NCBI GenBank assembly: GCA_950097015.1
Contig: CATNEN010000001.1
Location: 16,058,001 to 16,122,000 of the forward strand
DNA: 64,000 nucleotides
From: Macrostomum hystrix
Taxonomy: Eukaryota > Animalia > Platyhelminthes
Reading direction: 5' to 3'
Shown here piece by piece: positions 33,412 to 44,954 of this stretch. The translations under genes and the position numbers were made by a program. Positions within the stretch are counted from its first letter, which is position 1, and every line of letters begins with the position of its first letter. Below the pieces are notes generated by a model. It was not told the DNA's origin. It saw only the letters and a program-made list of their open reading frames with translations, and ran no database searches.

Positions 33412-33455
33412 GAAGGTACACTCGTGTCCTGTCGGAGCTAACCCATTATGTAGCG

Positions 33456-33883
33456 CAGGGGTAGTCAAACTTATTTGCTGGCGGGCCAAAGAGAGAACCT
33501 AAAAGACGACAACGGGCCGCATTGACTGTATAAATATGAGATAGGGTAGAGATGAGACATGAGAGAGATGAGACAGGGAAGAGATTAGACACGGGAGAGA
33601 TTAGACACGGGAGAGATTAGACACGGGAGAGATTAGACACGGGAGAGATTAGACACGGGAGAGATTAGACACGGGAGAGATTAGACACGGGAGAGATTAG
33701 ACACGGGAGAGATGAGACACGGGAGAGATGAGACACGGGAGAGATTAGACACGGGAGAGATTAGACACGGGAGAGATTAGACACGGGAGAGATTAGATAC
33801 GAGAGCGATGAGACACGGGAGAGATTAGACACGAGAGAGATGAAACAGGACACTGTAGATGTCAGAACAGTGCCAGACCCCTG
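33456..33883. mobile_element. hAT-type MITE carrying a 16-bp minisatellite
   Basis: CAGGGGT...ACCCCTG termini, perfect 8-bp TSD ATGTAGCG, internal (GAGATTAGACACGGGA)n at about 33550-33845. Confidence 0.92.
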
Positions 33884-34624
33884 ATGTAGCGAATGCGATC
33901 GATAATCGTTTTTTTATATAAAACTGGACAGAAAATACCAACAGATCGATATTTTCTTGGAGTTACAAGCAATATCTAGTACCACAGTCGCACTTATACA
34001 ATTGATTAGTCATATAGTATGCGAAGCTAAATTTATTGTATTTTCTGCTTTAAAATAATTTCATACGAGTCCAGACTAAAGTATAACTGTGAACTCAGCT
34101 TGACGGTATAATAAACGTAGCATAGTCACATTGCAGTTCAGGTGCAGCTCACATAAGAAGTGAGTGTATTTTTGTATTGTGCACTTTAAACGTGAAAAAG
34201 CGAAACCCTTTAAAAATGTATTAAAAATGTAAAAGATAGGTTGACATCGACATGTGAAAGGTGATTGTTTGCGGATTTTTTCTCTGTGGCTTTTTGTTGG
34301 GATTTTACGCTTTTTTAAGGCTTGTACATTCATTACTACTTATCTCCCATAGATCTAGGCATAAATCTCCCAAAATTTATCAAGGTCAAGCATAAAACTG
34401 ATGAAGGGTGATTAATTCTTTCTCCCAGGTACTTTTGTAGTGTCGTCTTCTTCCGACAATCGTGACTCATGCATCATGCATGCTGCACATCTAGGGCATC
34501 CGTTGCGAAATGCTTACCGATCACTGATGCACTGTTGCCATTCAAGAATCATCGAAACGGCAGCTGATTAAATGTGCTGAAACGGACCGGTCTGCAAATC
34601 AAACCATCGTTTGAAATTTAAAAT

Positions 34625-35435
34625 CAACTCTGGTCTCATCTCACGTTAAATTTCTGGTCTCATGTCACCTTGTATCTCTGGTCTTGATCTCAACTTTATG
34701 CTGGTCTCATCTCACCTTTCAACTCTGATCTCATCTCACCTTTCGCCTCTGATCTCATCTCATATTTCACCTATGATCTGATCTTAACTTTCACCTCTGA
34801 TCTCATCTCACCTTTCACCTCTAATCTCATCTCACCTTTCGCCTCTGATCTCATCTCACCTTTCACCTCTGATCTCATCTCATCTTTCACCTCTGATCTC
34901 ATCTCATATTTCACCTATGATCTGATCTTAACTTTCACCTCTGATCTCATCTCACCTTTCACCTCTGATCTCATCTCACCTTTCACCTCTGATCTCATCT
35001 CATATTTCACCTATGATCTGATCTTAACTTTCACCTCTGATCTCATCTCACCTTTCACCTCTGATCTCATCTCATATTTCACCTATGATCTGATCTTAAC
35101 TTTCACCTCTGATCTCATCTCACCTTTCACCTCTGATCTCATCTCACCTTTCACCTCTGATCTCATCTCATATTTCACCTATGATCTGATCTTAACTTTC
35201 ACCTCTGATCTCATCTCACCTTTCACCTCTGATCTCATCTCATATTTTACCTCTAATCTCATCTCACCTTTCGCCTCTGATCTCATCTCACCTTTCGCCT
35301 CTGATCTCATCTCACCTTTCGCCTCTGATCTCATCTCACCTTTCGCCTCTGATCTCATCTCACCTTTCACCTCTGATCTCATCTCACCTTTCACCTCTGA
35401 TTTCATCTCATATTTCACCTCTGATCTGATCTCAC
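34625..35435. repeat. 24-bp minisatellite
   Basis: (TCACCTTTCACCTCTGATCTCATC)n with variants. Confidence 0.95.
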
Positions 35436-35750
35436 TCTCAGAATACATCTTACCTGAAATCTGATCTGATAGCACCTCTCCCCATCGGGGGGTTCAATCA
35501 ATTTTGCGTCGATATTGCTCACAGCTTTGCCTTAATCGTCTCTGCTGTTGATCTAGTATCTCATGCTAATTAGCATGCATAATTATTTTTTCGTTGCAAT
35601 TTAAGCATTCGCAATACATATTTTTAATCAGGTTAAATTTGTACGCTTGGCACATTGTAATATTTGTGGTAGGAATACCTGTGCCTTGGTATCGTATTTA
35701 TAAACATTAATGTGTACTCACTGGGCCATATATAGAGCTATACGCCTAGG

Positions 35751-36613
35751 TAGGGATGCCAACCGGTTTTTAAACCGGTTTAAAAAACCGGTTTTTAGCA
35801 GGAAAACCGGTTCTAAAAAACCCGGTTTTTTTGTCCGTTTTTGACGGTTTTTAATGGTTTTTTATTTTAATTATGTCTCACAGAGTCACAATTTTTGCAC
35901 TTTTAAGACAAAATAACTGGTAACAAAATTTGCTTCGTGGTGGCAGCGCTACTAAGTCCTTTCAAATTGAACATTAAACTTAAAATTAAATCTAAGTTGA
36001 ACTTGATGTATAAATCTAAATTGGGGCCTAATCTAAAACTATCTAAGTCTAAACCTAAAAACATCAAGGGTTCGCCGTTTCTAATCTAACCATCCCAGGG
36101 TACCGCCATTTCGAGACTGTGACCAGTTTACCTTGGCCAAAATCATCAAATTAATCAATCATTGCTACCAGTGCATCATTAAGTTTAAAGTAATCTAATT
36201 ATTCAGCAAAATTAAGAGTTCGCGAATTAGTTACGAACTGATCCGAACTAAATCTCTATTTATATTAAGTTCGCATTGGGTCTTTATTTTAGTTCGCATT
36301 TAGTTCGCATTGGCTACGGAACGATTCCGAAGAAAGTCCACGGAAAATTTGAATTGGCGCGATATTCAATTTCTGCGAAACCTAACTATAACTAATTTAA
36401 AATTAATAATTCCAAGAAGCTTTTATTTTTATTAATCGGCACGCACACCTTTAACAAATTCACGATTGTATATAAGTTCTATCTTCTATGCTTATTTAGT
36501 GCTTTTTAAAAACTTGGCACACAAACCGGTTTTTAAAGACCGGTTTTCTTATAAAAGGCGGTTTTCAAACCGGTTAACCGGTTCTCAAAAAGGGCCGGTT
36601 TTTGGCATCTCTA
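35751..36613. mobile_element. hAT (Ac-like) non-autonomous element
   Basis: TAGGGATGCCAA...TTGGCATCTCTA TIRs, perfect 8-bp TSD CGCCTAGG, AACCGGTT subterminal repeats. Confidence 0.93.
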
Positions 36614-37422
36614 CGCCTAGGCATAAACAATACTACAGCGACTCCAGACAGGAAGGCTTGCACTTATCCACTGTAGATAAACACGCAAAGCAGAGAATAT
36701 GAAACAAAATGCAGTCTATGGCCTATGCGGCTCTCGGTTCGTAAACATTTGCGGAATTCGATTTACTGCTTTACTTCTTATATACTGCACGAGCTTTCGT
36801 ATCGTTAAAAAACAATTAATAGCTTCCATTCCATATAATCAAAGCGCGTAAAGCGCGATTTCGTTTTGTCGTCAAATTTTGTTGTAACTGATTGAAGATT
36901 TTGCCGTAAACGATTATGGGCCATTAAAAACTGTCGTCAGGTTTTCCAATTAATTACTGGGTATACAAAAACAGCTAAATTACTTTTTAAAGAATATTGG
37001 CCACAAAAATGTTTTTCTCCTCAGGTTTTCTAATTAATTTCTACTGAGGTGTAAAAATATTTGATTATTTTTTATTTTACTATGTGTAGTAAATTTAATT
37101 ATAAGAGGCCAGTGATGTTCAGACTTGCACTTTACGTTAAAAATGTATGATTTCATCATTTTAAAAGGCTTAACTAAAAAACTTTTCTTTAACTCTTAAA
37201 AAACTCTTAGAAACTTATTCCTTAAACCGTAGAAAATTAGTGATAAAGTTAGCTGTGGTCGAACTTGTTTGAATTCGTTAAAAACTGAAATTATTATGAA
37301 CAGTCTTGTGCCTGCAACTGAATTGTCTGCATTTCTACATTTCCTAACTGAAGCATCAATTTGAAGCAATCAGTGGCTTTTCAATTACGGCAAGACCATT
37401 TGCTGGTTTTTTTCTACTCAAA

Positions 37423-37702
37423 CAGTGAGTCTGCAAACTCCGGCCGCGAACCAGATGCGGCCCTCGAAGTTGCCCCTTCCAACAACCAAAGTATTCCGTC
37501 TCATCTCATCTTTCCCGTATCTTATCTGTCCTAGTCCTATGTATTATCTATCCGCTGTCTCATCTCATCTCTGTCTCATCCCTACCCTGTCTCGTCTATC
37601 CATGTGTCTCATCTCGACCCTTTCTCCTACAGTCAATGCGGCCGGCTGTCGTATTTTAGGTTCTCCTCGTGGCCCGTAGGCTAACAAGCTTGCCGAACCC
37701 TG
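37423..37702. mobile_element. Older inverted relative of the 33456-33883 hAT MITE
   Basis: ACAGTCAATGCGGCC...TTTTAGGTTCTC...TGGCCCG is the reverse complement of 33480-33530. CAG...CTG ends and a degenerate TSD. Confidence 0.75.
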
Positions 37703-39019
37703 ACTAAAAAGTAGATCGCGATTCAGTGTTATGCATGCGAGTAATCAGTTCCCTTGTCTGGGCAGAAAGGCTGAGAAAAAAAACTGCTTTTGCTGGCCAA
37801 TCGGCTCAAAACAGGCCAGCTTTGGGTTGTCGGTTCGCTGGCACCCCAACAGCAGCTTTTGCTGGACTCACAGCTGGGCTGGGAATAAATTTGCAAAAGA
37901 AACCAAGGAGCCGAAGCCTCCTCATTGGCTTCGCGACTGCCAACCCCCGCCCCGCATCCGCGTGTGCACTCGGGTTTGGGGCAGCTGATATTCTGGCCGA
38001 GGAGGAAGGACCAGGATGGGTTGGCGGGTGCTGCTGTTTAGCTTTAGTGGGGAATTAATAGGGGAGTGAAGGTTTCGATAAGAGTTCTTCCTCCAAAGAA
38101 TAAAAAGTTAACTTGTGCTTCACTATAGCCCCGCCAGGCACAACCCATGCGCTTTCCACCAACCCCACAGTGAAGTCCACCCCGACCCGCGCGCTAAAAC
38201 CACAGGCCCGCCAGTGCAGTCTGGTAGAAAACCGCAGACAGAATGGATAGTTGGGACGGGTTTCGCTTCAATTCTAAGTGCGCTTGCGCTCTGGGCCGCG
38301 TCAGATAATCACATGCACAAAGGCCAACCCCACCTCCACGCGGCACCCTCCTAACCTGCAACACACTGAGCCCTCAGCCGCTTATTTTAGTTCTTTACCC
38401 CCAAAAGCCTGCCTACCTCAAAGTCCATAGCCTCGCAGACTTCTATTAATAACCCTGACGTCAGTCCAAATCGGCGGGCTGGGCTGGACTGCCGCGCGGA
38501 GGGGGGTGGGGTTAGCAAACCCCAAACCGCCGCCGCCTTCTCCTCGGCGCTATCTGAAATCTCTCACCCACGGCGGGCCAACCCTTGCCGCCAACCCAAG
38601 AATTCTTCCTAGCTTTTTAACCCAGTCAATGCACCCTCACCACCCCACTCCTTCCCAAACGAGAAAAAAGCCCGGCTCTACGACAAGCGGTTCCTTATAG
38701 GCCCTCCAAAATATTTCGGACCCGCGATCGCATGGAAACTCGGAAGCCCCAACTAGAAGTATCAGCTCATAAGGGCTAGAATCAATTGTAAGCCGCGATT
38801 TATTATTTTGAGTTTTCTGACCTGCAGGAACGTGAGTGACTAGCAAAATAAGATCGGTTGTTTTAATGTAAATCAATTGGTGAGGTAGTGGGTTGTTCAG
38901 TTGAGTAATTTCTGCCAAATTCGTTTAATAAAAGCGAATCTTCGCGGCATCTCGCTGAATTTTGACTGAACAACTTACTAGCTTTCCTGACAACCGTTGC
39001 TTCGACTGCCTAAATCTCA

Positions 39020-39930
39020 CCATTCTCCCCTACTTCCCATTCTCCCCTAGTCCTTCTTTTCCCCTACTCCTCATTCTCCCCTATTTCCCATTTCTCTTTC
39101 ACCTCTACTCAATTCTCCACTACTCCTCATTCTTCCCTACTCCTCCTTCATTCTCCCCTACCCCTCATTCTCCCCCACTCCCCACTCTCCCCTACTCATC
39201 ATTCTCCCCTAGTCCTTCTTTTCCCCTACTCCTCATTCTCCCCTATTTCCCATTTCTCTTTCACCTCTACTCAATTCTCCCCTACTCCTCCTTCATTCTC
39301 CCCTACCCCTCATTCTCCCCCACTCCTCACTCTCCCCTACTCCTCATTCTCCCCTAGTCCTTCTTTTCTCCTACTCCTCATTCTCCCCTACTCCTCCTTC
39401 ATTCTCCCCTACCCCTCATTCTCCCCTACAACTCATTCTGCCACACTCTAAGTTCTCCCCCACTCCTCATTCTCCCCAACTCCTCATTCTCCCCCACTCC
39501 TCATTCTCCCCAACTCCTCATTCTCCCCCACTCCTCACTCTCCCCCACTCCTCATTCTCCCCCACTCCTCATTCTCCCCCACTCCTCATTCTCCCCAACT
39601 CCTCATTCTCCCCCACTCCTCATTCTCCCCCACTCCTCATTCTCCCCCACTCCTCATTCTCCCCCACTCCTCATTCTCCCCCACTACTCATTCTCCCCCA
39701 CTCCTCATTCTCCCCCACTCCTCATTCTCCCCCACTCCTCATTCTCCCCCTCTCCTCATTCTCCCCCACTCCTCATTCTCCCCCTCTCCTCATTCTCCCC
39801 CACTCCTCATTCTCCCCCACTCCTCATTCTCCCCCTCTCCTCATTCTCCCCCACTCCTCATTCTCCCCCTCTCCTCATTCTCCCCCACTCCTCATTCTCC
39901 TCTAATCTTAATTCTCCTTTACTCCACATT
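39020..39930. repeat. 17-bp pyrimidine-rich minisatellite
   Basis: (TCCTCATTCTCCCCCAC)n. Confidence 0.95.
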
Positions 39931-40544
39931 CTCATATTTTGTGTGTAATATTCGACAACCACTTCATAGAACCTGCATTTGTCGGCCTCTTTATCGGGAA
40001 CAGGGCTTTAGAGTCTTTAAAGCAGTTTTTTATACGAGCCTAGTTTTATTAGAAACAACATTTTCGGACATCAGTGCTAATTTAGAAAATGCAGTTCTTG
40101 TCCTCTAGACTCTAGACTTAATAACCACAGAGTCCAGCGGTGAACTTTTCCACTACCACTTGAAATTGAGACTCTGGGTGCAGACAAAGACATATTTATG
40201 CTAGCTTCAAGTGTCTGTGTCTTTGTTTTATTTAACTTGGCCCCCCAAAGAAAGAAAATGAACTAAATTACTATATTAAAGACGGCATTTCGTACCCTCC
40301 CCAGCCTATTAAATTAAGCGTGTTGAAGCAACATGAAAATACCAAGCACATCGGGTCACGTTTCCACACTGGCTCTTTGTTTCAGCGATCGCTTCACCGA
40401 ACAATTCTTTGTCCGCGCGCTTCCCATTCTCATTGAAGCAGAGCTAAATTTCCTGCACGGCCGGCGTTATAAAGTAAACTTCTGGCCCCTTAACATTCTG
40501 CTCATCGTCTTATTACCGTCTATCACATCCACTCTCCCCCAACC

Positions 40545-41390
40545 TCTACCCGTCTTCTCCCCCTCTCCTCTCCCACTCCTCTCCCCTCTCCTCCCTCTAC
40601 TCACATTCTTCCCCTCTCCTCTCTCTTCCACATTCTTGCCCTCTACTCCCTCTTCTCATATTCTTCCCCTCTCCTCCCTCTTCTCATATTCTTCCCCTCT
40701 CCTCCCTCTTCCACATTCTTCCCCTCTCCTCCCTCTTCTCATATTCTTCCCCTCTCCTCCCTCTTCTCATATTCTTCCCCTCTCCTCCCTCTTCCACATT
40801 CTTCCCCTCTCCTCCCTCTTCCACATTCTTCCCCTCTCCTCCCTCTTCTCATATTCTTCCCCTCTCCTCCCTCTACTCACATTCTTCCCCTCTCCTCTCT
40901 CTTCCACATTCTTGCCCTCTACTCCCTCTTCTCATATTCTTCCCCTCTCCTCCCTCTTCCACATTCTTCCCCTCTCCTCCCTCTTCCACATTCTTCCCCT
41001 CTCCTCCCTCTTCTCATATTCTTCCCCTCTCCTCCCTCTTCCACATTCTTCCCCTCTCCTCCCTCTTCTCATATTCTTCCCCTCTCCTGCCTCTTCTCAC
41101 ATTCTTCCCCTCTCCTGCCTCTTCTCACATTCTTCCCCTCTCCTGCCTCTTCTCACATTCTTCCCCTCTCCTGCCTCTTCTCACATTCTTCCCCTCGGCT
41201 CTCCCTCGTCTTCTGATATTCTAGATGTCATCATATTCTCCCCCTCTCCCTCGTCTTCTGATATTCTAGATGTCATCATATTCTCCCCCTCTCCCTCGTC
41301 TTCTGATATTCTAGATGTCATATTCTCCCCCTCTCCCTCGTCTTCTGATATTCGAAATGTCATATTCTCCCCCTGTCCGTCCTCTCAATA
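40545..41390. repeat. Pyrimidine-rich minisatellites (~27 bp, then ~45 bp x4)
   Basis: (CTTCCCCTCTCCTCCCTCTTCCACATT)n followed by (TCTCCCTCGTCTTCTGATATTCTAGATGTCATCATATTCTCCCCC)n. Confidence 0.93.
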
Positions 41391-42113
41391 TTCTTTCGGT
41401 TTCCAGTCCTGAAAAAGTGTTGATAGATTGAAATGAAGAAGTCTGCAACAGAGGCAAGAAACTGGAGCCAGCAGTTGAGCTCCAGAGTTGCACCAGTTTG
41501 AGCAGAAGCTGACTCATATTTTTTGCAAATATTCAGTGTTTGCCATAGTGTATTTGATCTATTCTATTCAAATAGTTCTACTATGAGAATCTGCGTATGG
41601 TTCAATAATTTGTATTAGTTTTTTGTGTTATAAAGAAACATTTTGTAAATTATGGGATCTAAGAAAGGATAGAAACTATTTAAAATTGTAGTGCAAATAG
41701 TCCTTTGTAAGCTACAATTAATCGCATTTGTAACAGGAAATATCATGAAGAATGAAAACAGGAGTACCTACTCGTACGTGACAGACAATCTTGCGGAACA
41801 GCAAAAAGCCATAAAAACTTTCATCAATCAGTGAATTCAAATTTTATTCGAGCTAGTAAACTAGGTGCGGGAAAAATTGTTTTTCGATTGTCAGTTGACA
41901 ATGTACTTCAGTTGTGTACAATCAGAGTCTAGTTTTGTCGTGACTGCATATCATACTACTCACAGTAGAGTTTGTAATATATAGAAAAGCAAAAAGCAAA
42001 GAATTGAGATTTTCAAATAATAAACTTCACCATTAAACTATTTTTATGCTTGTGGTTTGTAGGGCCACTTAGGGCCGGTAATTATCTATATTCATGATTT
42101 CGACCAAGTTTGC

Positions 42114-44919
42114 TTAGTGATCAGTGGCTGAACAAATCTTTCTGCATGACTGCTGCTGCTGCTGCAGAATCCTTCGAGTCTGAGCACTGGAAATGCCAAA
42201 CTGATGACGAGCTGACGAGATTGCGGACATAATGCTCTGCGGCGGCAGTGGCAGCGGAGGTAGAAAGCACTGCTGCTGCAGCTGCTGCTGCTGCTGCGAG
42301 CTCGAGAAGAGGTCGTTTAGAAGCCGATCAATGCTGCTGGAATCCAGACTGCTAAGCAGGTCGTTCGCTTCACGAGAGTCGGGTACAACAGGTGGATGTG
42401 ACACCAGCAACAGCAGGCGACCAAAGCGGGTTGCCTGCAATGCAACTAGCCTGCGTCACTGAATGACCTGCGTCACTGAATGACCTGCGTCACTGAATGA
42501 CCTACGTCACTGAATGACCTGCGTCACTGAATGACCTGCGTCACTGAATGACCTGCGTCACTGAATGACCTGCGTCACTGAATGACCTGCGTCACTGAAT
42601 GACCTGCGTCACTGAATGACCTGCGTCACTGAATGACCTGCGTCACTGAATGACCTGCGTCACTGAATGACCTGCGTCACTGAATGACCTGCGTCACTGA
42701 ATGACCTGCGTCACTGAATGACCTACGTCACTGAATGACCTGCGTCACTGAATGACCTACGTCACTGAATGACCTACGTCACTGAATGACCTGCGTCACT
42801 GAATGACCTACGTCACTGAATGACCTGCGTCACTGAATGACCTGCGTCACTGAATGACCTGCGTCACTGAATGACCTGCGTCACTGAATGACCTGCGTCA
42901 CTGAATGACCTGCGTCACTGAATGACCTGCGTCACTGAATGACCTGCGTCACTGAATGACCTGCGTCACTGAATGACCTGCGTCACTGAATGACCTGCGT
43001 CACTGAATGACCTGCGTCACTGAATGACCTGCGTCACTGAATGACTCTCAGACTCTAAGAGTCCCAGAGTCCCAGAGTCCCAGTTTCCCAGTGTCCCAGA
43101 GTCCCAGAGTCCCAGAGTCATAGTGTCCCAGTGTCCCAGAGTCCCAGAGTCCCAGAGTCCCAGTGTTCCAGTGTCCCAGAGTCCCAGAGTCCCAGAGTCA
43201 TAGTGTCCCAGTGTCCGAGAGTCCCAGAGTCCCAGAGTCCCAGAATCCCAGTGTTCCAGTGTCCCAGAGTCCCAGAGTCACAGAGTCCCAGAGTCCCAGA
43301 GTCCCAGAATCTCAGTGTTCCAGTGTCCCAGAGTCCCAGAGTCACAGTGTCCCAGAGTCCCAGAGTCCCAGAATCCCAGTGTTCCAGTGTCCCAGAGTCC
43401 CAGAGTCCCAGAGTAACAGAGTCCTAGAGTCCCAGAGTCCCAGAGTCCCAGAATCCCAGTGTTCCAGAGTCACAGAGTCCCAGAGTCCCAGAATCCCAGT
43501 GTTCCAGTGTCCCAGAGTCCCAGAGTCACAGTGTCCCAGAGTCCCAGAGTCCCAGAATCCCAGTGTTCCAGTGTCCCAGAGTCCCAGAGTCCCAGAGTAA
43601 CAGAGTCCTAGAGTCCCAGAGTCCCAGAGTCCCAGAATCCCAGTGTTCCAGAGTCACAGAGTCCCAGAGTCCCAGAGTCCCAGAGTCCCAGAGTCCCAGA
43701 GGCACAGTGTCCCTGAGTCCCAGAGTCCCAGAGGCACAGTGTTCTAGTGTCCCAGAGTCCCACTTGAGCAGCCGAGTCTCACCTGTCTGGGGTAGTGCTG
43801 TCTCGTGTACTCATTCAGCAGCAGCATAGACTGGTCCTGCAGGCTGTCCACAATGACTGACTCCCGAATCGCTTCAGTTGCAAAGTCTACGTGTAACAAA
43901 TAGGCATGCATTTTTGGGTGAGTCACACAAGAAAAAAGTTTAAGCTTAATAATAATAACTAATTACACCTGCCCCAATTGGACCAGATGTGCAGCCGACA
44001 GCACAGCCGCAGCTAATGCGCGTCGCATCTGAAGGCTGCGTACGGCTGTTCAGTCCATGGACTGGTGGGGAAGCCAGACCATGTGCATAGAGGTTTATAC
44101 AGAGAAATGTGTCCTTGTCTCGACGTCATATCTCGACGATGGACGGCTTTGAAAGCTAGCTCATCGCAAAGTGGGTGCCTGAAATACACACGAGGTCTTT
44201 CCCCAGTCCGACGCTCCAACCGCTAGTCAACGAACCCCTTAAATCAGTTGAGCCACTTGCAGCCCCATGCCAACCATTGATCACCTGAGCTAAACAGTGC
44301 GACGGCCTTCAGGCACGCGAACTCGACCATGTCTGGCGCCAATGAACCGAACCGAGTCAGCAGCCGGCGAGCTCCATCGTCCAGCGCTTCAGAGACGCCA
44401 CCAGGGCCAGAGTGCAGGCTCCACTGTGCCAGCGTCAAAGAGGCCAGCGATCGCCAAGCGCCACGGAGCAGCGCAGCCTGATCCTCCCTGGGCAGCAGCA
44501 GAAATGCGGGCAGGCTTCTGCTCCAGGCGGCTATGGACAGGACCAGGCGAGTCGGCCCACCGCTGACCGACTGGCCGTGCAGCGGCAGCCAGCGAGTCAG
44601 CAGCTCCGCTGACATCAGGGCGTGAATCAGCGGGATGCCGGGATTGTTGGCTGCCGCGGCGGCCGCCGCTGCCGCAGCTGCTGCTGCTGCAGCCACAGCC
44701 GGATGATGAAGGAAGCCAGCCGACGAGCTGGAGGCTGAACCAGACGTTGACGTGGCGGCGGTTGAAGAAAGCGACGGTAGCGGCGGCGGCAGGGGTGGCA
44801 TCGGCGGATACAGTGGCGGCGGCGGCGGTGGCTGCGGCGCCGAATTGGCAGCGGCTGCCTGAAAGAAAGCGGCCGGCGACACCAACTGGGGACATGTCGA
44901 TTGCGAAGATGGCGGTGGC

Positions 44920-44954
<35 letters not shown>

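Noticed and set aside
38962-41412. Hydrophobic Pro/Ser/Leu-rich ORFs resembling membrane proteins
   Set aside because: Translations of CT-rich minisatellites.
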